Part shown: positions 55,175 through 64,000 of the stretch, in pieces
How the letters are laid out: each line of letters opens with the position of its first letter
Position numbering within the stretch: position 1 is the stretch's first letter
NCBI GenBank assembly: GCA_973895155.1
Contig: OZ316891.1
Span: 1,231,324 to 1,295,323 of the forward strand
Source: Marsupella aquatica
Lineage: Eukaryota > Plantae > Marchantiophyta
DNA: 64,000 bases
Direction: 5' to 3'
Program-made: the position numbers and the translations under genes
Notes under the pieces: model-generated
The model's input: the letters and a program-made list of their open reading frames with translations, nothing else
Database searches by the model: none
Told to the model about the DNA's origin: nothing

Positions 55175-55670
55175 CCACAGCAGGTAGCGCAGAATGAGTT
55201 CACTATGGAACTATATCGTGGCATTTGAGCTAATTCTTGTCCATATCAGTCGTGACTCCCATTCTTGGAGAGTTTTATAAGGGCTAGCTCAAGAGAACAG
55301 CAGGTGCAGCAGAACGAGCATTGTATGAAATCATGCAACAGCACTTTAAGTTGTCTTGTCCATCCAGAGTAAGGTTGCCACTTCTTGAAAAATTAATCTG
55401 AGGTGACCAGTAGAATTGAGTGGTGTTGCATCGGCAGGCTCTGCAGAACTAGTTCACTATCAGAATGAATCTCTTCTCGGGCCTCTGAGCTCTCGTCGTT
55501 GCTCAGCCAGGCTATAGTTTCCAATCTTGACTACCAGGTCAGCTCAAGATTGCTCCTATGGAGCACACAGCTGACACTGTATGATGAACGGCATTTGAGC
55601 TAGTTCTTTGTCAGCTATGGTTTGCATTTCCAAAAGCGTCATCAAATATCAGCTCAAAATTGACCTCTTG
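55175..55670 (+). repeat. highly degenerate ~125-bp tandem repeat (~4 units) just after the ALG5 stop
   Basis: Recurring blocks CAGCAGGT..GCAGAA, GGCATTTGAGCTA.TTCTT and AGCTCAA(G/A)A at roughly 125-bp spacing. Confidence 0.55.
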
Positions 55671-57187
55671 GATTTGAATAAGCAGCTTCGAAGGGAAGGC
55701 TGCCCTAGCAGAATAAAGTTTAGGGCAGGTGGAATTGGCTCCCTGCTATTCACGAGTGCCCTTGTGGCCGAAAGTCGAAAGGCATGGGATGCTGTGGATT
55801 GGGACGCAAACATTCGACTCTTATATGCAACACTTCTCTCGGACCGGACATCTCTTCAGAGAAGCTTACCCCAGGCGAATTGTTCTGTGTTTTCATGAGG
55901 CAAATAAGCAGATAATGGTCATGAGGTAGGTGGCAATGTTGTCACTCTTGCACTTCAGTTTGCTTGTGTTTGGTTTGCCTGTTGTTCGTCAGCTTTAGGA
56001 GTGTTGTATTACTTGTAGGTACCTGGATCCATAAGGGAACAAGGATGCTCATTTTTCTGTCAACTTGGGTAAGATTGCTGTTTGTATCTTTAATAGCAAA
56101 CCTCTAAAGCCTGCAAACCACTCAGGGTGAATTGGGAGCTGTGCACCACATTGGAACCATATGAACTTGACGTTCTTGCGGTGCCATTTTTCAATTAAAA
56201 GTGCCAAGTAACAGTGTGACAGGACAACTAGATTTTCGGATTATTTTCTTAGAGGCAAGTTTCTTAATGCAATTAGACTCAATACTCGCATGGATTAACA
56301 CTCTACTTCGTGCAAATATCAATTTCTCAGTGTCCTGCATTATTTCTCCTTCTCATCCTCTGGTACTTTTGTAGACAATGCAGAAAAGTATCCTTACTTT
56401 ATCGGGGGGAAGCGAGGGATAAGCATCTTGGTTGTCGGCATTACATTCTTCTGGTCTCTACCTTGGTTGTGTAACCTCGTTCCAAAGTTCACTTCCGATG
56501 TGAGAGAATCAAGCTTGACTCTAGCTTTTTGAGTGGCAACCTTCCTTCAAACGTTTTGCTTCTCCCCTTGATCTGCTGCGCCATGGTGACTACGCCATAT
56601 TTGGGGATGTTGTAAAATATGTGGAGTACATTGGAGTTGTTGTTGTTGCTGTCATCTTGAAGGTCTGATCCCATTTTTCAAGTCTATTGTATCAACAGAT
56701 TCATTTCTCAGAATGGAGATTTGTTTGTCGTGATTTACTGGGTAGACAAGGATTCTTTTGAGCTCTCAGAGATGATGGGATGATATTGGCTGCATTGGGT
56801 CCAAGTGGCAAAGCATTTAAGAGAGTGCAACCAGGGACCGTCATCGTCGTTGGAGTCCTTTTAGACCCAGACAGATCATCATCGTTGGCCTCATGTTAGA
56901 CCCACACTGACTTGGTCACAAGCTATGCTGCAAGATGGCAATCATTGTCCAAAGACAGTAGTGAATTCCTGACAACTCCTAAGCATTGTAAGGCAATCAC
57001 GGTGTAGCATCCCATGATACCTTCAGCCTTTTCTTTGGACAAGACATGCATCAACACTCATCTGTCTGTTAGTGTAACGACTTGAATTTAAAATATCACG
57101 ACTCATGCAGTCACGAGACCAAAGTCATTGCCACCATATGTGTTCACTGACAGACACACAAAGCTACAACGAATCCCATGGCGTGCT

Positions 57188-57348
57188 CAATTTCGTGCAG
57201 TTGTGTATCAGGTAATATGTATTTAATCTCATGAGTTGGGATCTTGCTCTGGTAAAATAAGGCTTCTGCACGATAGTGCCCAATTTCGTGCCCTTGTGTA
57301 TCAGGTAACACGTAGTTCGTCTGACGAGTTGGGATCTTGCAATAAGGG
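57188..57348. repeat. ~93-bp imperfect tandem duplication
   Basis: CAATTTCGTGC..TTGTGTATCAGGTAA...GAGTTGGGATCTTGC occurs at ~57188 and ~57281. Confidence 0.8.
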
Positions 57349-57387
57349 TCCTGCACTACGAAATTTCTCTGCAGGATTCCATTATGC

Positions 57388-57546
57388 CAAAAACTGAAGC
57401 AGTTTTATGGCAGGGCATCTGAGGAACAAAAACTGAAGCAGTTTTATGGCAGGGCATCTGAGGAACAAAAACTGAAGCAATTTTATGGCAGGGCATCTGA
57501 GGAACAAAAACTGAAGCAATTTTATGGCAGGGCATCTGAGGAACAA
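57388..57546. repeat. 39-bp minisatellite, 4 near-perfect copies
   Basis: AAAAACTGAAGCA(G/A)TTTTATGGCAGGGCATCTGAGGAAC x4. Confidence 0.95.
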
Positions 57547-58062
57547 CATTACTAGTTACACGTAAGGACAACCCATCTCTAGACGACCTGATGATGGACA
57601 ACAGGAAAGACTTTCCATGCCTCCCAGAAGGCAACATGGTCCCTCGGTTTATATTGGGGAAAATTTGGGGGTCTTAGTGAAGGGCAAAAGGTAGCTTCCG
57701 GCCAAGGTTGCTTCCCGGAAGACAACGATCCTCAGTCACTTTGGGGCCAATTTTGGGGGCTTAGTGATGGGGCAAGGTGTTGTAAAGTGGCTCTAATTAG
57801 CTTTAGTGGAGCCTGGTGATCTAGCCCAGGTGGTCAGGGGGTTGGAACAGGGGGCAGAAATCTCAGGTTCACGACACACGCACCAGGTTTGGGTAAGGGA
57901 TGGAGTGTGCATGGGAGGGCCAAGTGCCATACTATCTACTGTAGATGACAAATTTCCATGCCATGAAAAGAAGCTGGCTTCCAAGTCTCCCATCTGCTGA
58001 CATGTGAGATTACATCATTCATGGTGTTTCCATTTGCCCACAACCCTGTAGAAGGTGAAATT

Positions 58063-58403
58063 TGTTGAGCATAGACGATATTTGCAACAGTAAGTTCATG
58101 ACCCATCCAATACACAATAATCGAAACAGAAATACATGGTTCACCTCCACATGAGACTACGTTCATGGGAACATACAAGAACTTTATTGTACTCTAAGCC
58201 GACGGATCATACCAAACATCCACAGCACAAATTTTTCCTATCTTTCAACTAACTCCGTAACAATGAACCTAAATTTCACCAAGGTCTGATATCAACCTTG
58301 ACTATATGTACAATAACACTACCATTAACATTAGTTAAATTCTAACCCAAATTAAATTAACTGTGATTAATTTATGAATCACAAACTAAAACAATATCTA
58401 ACA
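58063..58403 (-). mobile_element. solo LTR (same family as 10656-10999), AT-eroded
   Basis: The reverse complement aligns end to end with 10656-10999, including the TGTTAGATATTG...TATGCTCAACA termini. The TSD is possibly AAATT, obscured by an A-run. Confidence 0.9.
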
Positions 58404-58758
58404 AAAAAAATTATTATTTTGCCTTGAGAATAGGCTTAAATCCATTACATGAGATAGTACACACAAAGATGCAGCCTGTAAACAGAGATTCAAAAGTCCC
58501 AAAAGGATATAGAGACGTGTTCCCTTTTTCGTGCTAATGAGACACTCATTCCAGCAGATTGTTCCTTTGCACGATCAGCTCGACCCGTAGCTGTTTCTTG
58601 GGAAAATAAGGGAGTAGACTTGTGTGAGCCCATTTCTAGGGAGGAGATCTCCAAACTAACCGCCCATCAGCATGACACATAGCTGAAGTTGCCCACAAGA
58701 GTGTCTTGTTGTGCAAACTTCACATTGAATCGTTTTCATGGTACCTGTGAGCAAAGTC

Positions 58759-61700
58759 CTACGCTGTCTGCCTAGGAAATGGAATGGCACAGACGCAATG
58801 ATAGTAGCCATTCTCGTCATACATAAACCTCTCTGATAAGTGAGCTTCCAATATCGCATACTCCCCCCAATTTTGGCCTCCATATTTTGCCAGGATATCT
58901 CTTGCATCAAACGGTACACGTTTGGATGACCGGTCCTTCCTAAAAGAAACCCACAGGTACAGTCAGGAAGCGGTGACGGATCATCTTTGCCATTTCGAAA
59001 GGAAAACAATACCCAGTCAAAAGAGAGTGACCGCTCTAAAATCCTAGTGCTTCAACTTTTCTCGCCCACAGGCAGTCAACCTCTCGGAATGGAATTAGGC
59101 AACAGGACAACTTCCAAATACATTTGGTTGAAAACAGAGCAAATCCAAAGAGGACTCACTTTTTCCGGTGAGATGTATTCATCAATGTCAGATGAAGCTG
59201 CATCAGACCAAAGCAACAAATCGTAAGGCCTCCAAACCCAGCATTCAGCCAAACCTTCTGGAATCTAAATGGTGTCATCTCCATAGAGTTCAAAACTGTC
59301 TCCACTTACTACTAATCTGCATTGTCTGATTATCTTGTCATATGAAGAGGATTAGCCGGCACTGCATACACTGGAGGGCTAACATTATGGTGCTGGAGAC
59401 TTGGAATCGAAGGCAAATGGCGGAGCACAAGAGGCATCGAAGTGTAGTAAGACCTAAACTACGATGTACTTCGATGTACATATACACGTCCATTAGTGAT
59501 GACCAAATTCGGAAGAGACGGTCTGTGACTTACCTTTAAGCTTTGGCCAACATCTCGTTCCAAAACAAGGCCCGACTCAACAAAGGCATCTTTTAAAACC
59601 TCTGGAAGGTGTTAAGGACAACAAGGCCAACACTCTCAAGATCTTGCAAACACTTATGTGACAGAACTGCAACACACTTCTTAAACTGATCAGTCCTCCA
59701 TTAAAGTAAACAACAGCCGATGCAAACCAAGGTAGAAAGGATACGGCAAGCCTGTAGTAGTCTTCCTTTGTCCTTTGACTCCTGGATTTCGGCATACAGG
59801 ACATGAGCTTTCTCAGGGACTCCTGTCATGCATTCCTGAAAGTGTAGGATAATTAAGCCATACAGCAAGAGAAAAATCAGCTGTGCTCCAGACAAATGTA
59901 TCTTCGAACTCGTTTTCAGCACACAAACCAAGATGAAAGTTCAGTATGGTGTGACTATTACTCTAGATCACCAATCATGGTGTGACTAGCATCAACAGCT
60001 CCACAACGCTGATAGTCTCCTAAAAAAAGTTCGTTTCAGTACACTTGAACTAGATTACTTGTTGCTCTTTGGTAAATGCTTGTGTCCTAATGAAACTTGG
60101 GCAAGTTCACCAGTATCTAATGACTCAAAAACCCTCTTCTAGGAAAACAAAACCAAATTTTGCTTCAAAACTGCATAACTGTGTAACTTTTTGTTAAGCC
60201 CGAAGTTTTCTTACCAGGCCCTGAAAATCCAAGACGACGGGTTCACCCTCTAAAACTTCAGAAACGAATGGCATTATTTTCTGTCAAAAGAGGTAACAAT
60301 ATCAGAATGGCCACAATATAAATGAATTAACGTATTTTTTAGTTTAATTCGCTTCATATTTCAATGCCGATCTTACAGAATCTGCATTGAACAATGTACG
60401 GAGCTAGATTCAGCACATGGTGCAACTTCTTCTGAAGGATTGTTGGACTCTTACTTGTAGCACATCAGAAGCGGCGTGTAGACGTTCTTCATTCCAGAGC
60501 TTCAACATTAATATTGTCAAGTGGATGGTTGCTGGTTTTACAAATATGGATTTATGGAGATCCACACCTGCACAGTAGATGGACACAACCCTCTATCAGT
60601 AAAGGTGATCTAAAATTTACCTTCATGCTTTCTCCCGGGTTAATTTCTGAATGGTTGAAAATCGCAGCATATTTCAATCATGCATAACTAGTAGATATGA
60701 CTATCCATATAATCTTTTGCTTATGCAGTCACCTACTTCATTACAAGGTTCTATGATCTTACTCTCAGAATCCCCATCGCTGCCCGAACTGGATTCAGCA
60801 TCTTGCCTGCAGAAATCAAGTGCAAACGTCTGATGAGTAGTAGAATTGGCTCAGGCCTGCGAGTTATAAAGCTCTTGCATCGAACTCAGGCAAGTTCTAA
60901 ATACCAATGAAGTAGCTCGCCAAACTTACAGAGATATTTGTGATGAACCCAAAATGGATTTTTGGAAGTTTTCTATTTGCTCCACAAGGGCTGGATGGAA
61001 TGCCAGCGGTAAAGAGATGAAATGGGTATACTGCAACTTGCTCTGTACTGCCTGCACAATACGGCAATCTCAGGATGCTCTCAGTTGTGTCTGCAACATG
61101 AACTGAGTGTCAGTCACCCTAAGCAAAGCAAAGAGCCATAATCCTAGGGGAGTCAATACAGCTTCGAATTACACGTCTGCTAAGTAGTTGCTTATGATCA
61201 CATACATCGTCGAGAATCTTTTGAATAGCGCTAGACGCTGCCTTAATTGAAGACTCACTGCCCCTTATAACTGTAACATCCACAACATCCAGATTTTTTA
61301 GGAATTAGAAGACATTCAGCTGCAGTACAAGACATGGGTATTTACAATTTGAGGCCTATGAAATACCTATCAAAATACCTATGAAAAGGTGAAATCTTTC
61401 AACGGAGATATATGCTATGGCGAAGGAGATAGTGTTTAGCTTCGGAAAGAGATGAGACGAACAAATAGAAGACCGAGTTCTAGCATCACGGCTCGATGGA
61501 ATTGACAGCTTAACTCCATTGTCGTTCTCCAATTTCTCTTTCATCCTCCCTCTACAATAATCAGAAGAGGTTTCAGCCCAATAGGAAAAAGGTACAAAAG
61601 TCAAGCAATGCAGAACACAATTGTAGTAAGGGCCGACAGTACAGCTTCACTTCCACAGTTTACGCCCTGGTCTTCTAATTCCTTGGAAGCTCTACCAGCA

Positions 61701-63194
61701 CGCATCACGAAGAGAGAATCACATTGCACGACAAAACCAACACCAAGCAAACTAAGACATGTAGATGGACAGTCTTCAAGGGAGCCTTAAGCAGTGTAAA
61801 TATTTAGTATGGAAACGTACTGTACCCTCTCCCAATAATGAAACCCAAGAGTGCTTTGTCAACCTGCATCAGAAAACCGAAGAGTTCACTTCTTTCACAA
61901 CTCATTTCCCAACCCGAACTCCAAACACTCAAGATTTGCACGGAAGTCAAAGCGTGATGATACAGCTCCACTAAGGCGCAGGCTTAATTGATACATAGCA
62001 TTCACGGGTTTAAAGGGCTAAACCCAAGTACTATATCCTTTAAACTGATCTAAAACGATACCACTAACAAAAGCATGAGGTTCCAAACCCTATAACCTCC
62101 CATATATTTAAAACAAAGAAAATCCAAGCGACACAAAGATGACCAGTTAGTTTAAATATACGCCATTGAGCTGGTATGAATTAGATCCAGCGTCTTTGGT
62201 GATGGGCAGCATTGCTGCTGCTCAATGACGTCGGCCAATTAAAGCTTCAAGTGTATCTCGTTTGAAGAAAACTGTAACAGGATGGTCCAATGAACCCCTC
62301 CACAAAGCATTTGGATTCGTGGTGAAAAGAGGTTTAAACTTCAGTTCACAAGATGGACTACATTAAAAGACCGACTCCTCGATCCACATACTGCGATTTG
62401 CTGTCATGTCAAAGGAACGTAAGGGCAACGTTGCTCAGATCCCAAACCCCTCACCTCAAACACTATACATCGCTACAAATAAAAGTCTATATATTGGCAC
62501 CTTGGGGGTCTGATCTGTGAAGAATTCATTTGAGCAGATGAGACTGCTACACGAATTAGACTCTGAAACGAGATAGGTGAACATGGATGGGTGCAAGAAA
62601 CTTACATGCTCCTCCTTTGTCGTGGGACGGCTCATGGCGTCTTCCTTACCGTCTTTTGTGACAGATTTCTGGCTGTGATCTGCAACTGGCACGAAAATTA
62701 AGAAATGTATTGAGTCTCTAGTTTGGCCTCAAAGCCTGCTGCACAAGAGAACGATAAAAACTCATGCTGACGGAGAGCCAAGACGAGAAATCCAAGAAAA
62801 AGGCTACATAGAATGGAAACACAAGGGAAACTCAAACCATTCAGCGTGGAAGGCACACAAAGCAGAATTCCAAAGCAGGCAGTTGGGAGGAACACACGGG
62901 AAAAAGCCAAGGCTAGTCAGAATGGAGAGAACACAGAGAAGAAACTGAAATAAAGTCGAAGTGGAAGGCCATGTAAAGGAGAAATTGAGATTGAACCCTG
63001 AACGAGATTATTGAGCCAGACAGTGAAGACAGGAAAAACCACATACGGGAGGCAAAGCTGCGGTACGCTGTCCAGGTGGATGTGGTAGGTGGTGAAGACA
63101 ATTCAGCACGCGAAAACAATGCAGAAGAAGCAACAGAGAAAGAGCGCTGCTGAAGGAGGCGAGCTCCAGCTCGTTCTCCGGCTGCCAAAGACAT
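58759..63194 (-). CDS. ASCC1 / eukaryotic LigT-like protein: KH domain + AKAP7-type 2H phosphoesterase
   Basis: In-phase exons: 61826-61863, 61463-61551, 61206-61270, 60930-61051, 60763-60806, 60455-60567, 60215-60280, 59745-59835, 59534-59601, 59160-59197, 58759-58939. They give LGFIIGRGG (KH GxxG loop), YTHFISLPL, TIHLTILML and LHLTLMNT (two HxT motifs) and GYYHC..IPFP. Likely 5' exons are 63047-63194 and 62606-62685. The splice path between 62605 and 61864 is unresolved. Confidence 0.9.
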
Positions 63195-63524
63195 TCCGCT
63201 CCGTCCCTCGTCTCTTCAGTGGACACGCAATTCTTCTGTTTGCGTGTCGTTGCTATGCCTACGAGTGCATAGGTCCTCCTCCTCAGCCCAAAATGCGAAA
63301 CCTCTCGAGTTTTTTTTCTGTTTGTATTTTTCACTGCTTCTCTACTGTAGACATAATGCGAAGTCAAGATTTGGTCATCCTCACAATTCTCCTCTACTGT
63401 TACTGAAATTAGTAAAACTGAACATCTCTTAGTTTTTAATGATGCAAATTCTCCCTTACTTTTACTTTACTTAGTGAAAATAAAGATTTCTTAGTCCCTC
63501 ACGTGTATTGGGTTCCTGGTACAA

Positions 63525-63750
63525 GAGCTTTATGGGGCATTAAATTGTGAAAAAAAATTCTCTGAGTGCAGTGTTTTCAGGTACTGTTACGAGAGCATTA
63601 TGGACAATATTGCCAAATCTAAAATTCTCTTAGTGAAGTGTTTTCAGGTACTGTTACCAAAGCATTATGGGGCATTATTAGATTGTTAAAAAAGAAATCT
63701 CTTACGCAAGTGAATTCAGGTCTTGTTATCAGAGCGATATGGGCAATAAT
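63525..63750. repeat. ~67-bp degenerate tandem repeat (~3.5 copies)
   Basis: AGTGTTTTCAGGTACTGTTAC..AGCATTATGG recurs at ~63570, ~63637 and ~63709. Confidence 0.75.
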
Positions 63751-63760
63751 GGAGAGAAAC

Positions 63761-64000
63761 GTGTTACTTGATGGGACCCCTAAGTGATCCAGACTGTTGA
63801 TTGACCTTGAATCAATGTATGGGCAATAATGACGAGATTTGCTTGATCAGACCCCAAAATGAAACATGTTACTTGATGGGACCCCTGAGTGATCCAGACG
63901 GTTGATTGACCTTGAATCAATGTATGGGCAATAATGGAGAGATTTGCTTGATCAGACCCCAAAATGAATCGTGTTACTTGATGGGACCCCTGAGTGATCA
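63761..64000. repeat. 105-bp tandem repeat running off the window end
   Basis: TGTTACTTGATGGGACCCCT.AGTGATC begins at 63762, 63867 and 63972. Confidence 0.92.

Noticed and set aside
57356-57637. 93-aa ORF with VFVPQMPCHK repeats
   Set aside because: It is a translation of the 39-bp minisatellite, with no other coding evidence.
60620-60645. 26-nt exon-like segment (AG...GTAAAT) within the ASCC1-like gene
   Set aside because: Inclusion breaks the frame and the flanking exons join in phase without it. It could be a minor alternative exon but is unsupported.

Overview
This is eukaryotic, land-plant nuclear DNA with GT-AG introns and plant-specific gene families. A bryophyte/liverwort-type genome is an inference only. 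Eight protein-coding genes can be reconstructed by hand: an LCM-family SAM-dependent methyltransferase (-), a 14-exon peroxisomal citrate synthase with a PTS2 signal (+), a 12-exon CNNM/DUF21-CBS membrane protein (+), ribosomal protein RPL11/uL5 (-), an NFD6/NOXY2-like small organellar protein (+), an ankyrin-repeat/PGG membrane protein (+), an intronless ALG5 dolichyl-phosphate glucosyltransferase (+) and an ASCC1/LigT-like KH + 2H-phosphoesterase (-). Non-coding DNA holds Tourist/PIF-type MITEs (TAA TSDs), two copies of a 277-bp hAT-type MITE (8-bp TSDs), two solo LTRs of one family, a foldback element, probable LINE remnants and several minisatellites. The most unusual signals are (i) one solo LTR with strongly one-directional, mostly non-CpG C>T/G>A hypermutation relative to its sister copy, (ii) a rearranged RPL11 locus with no canonical ATG|GT first exon, an in-frame 30-aa-repeat ORF upstream and an inverted pseudo-copy, (iii) a head-to-tail train of MITEs and (iv) a conserved-core degenerate repeat array in a CNNM intron. 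No clearly new multi-gene system is demonstrable from the sequence alone. All alignments and counts are manual.
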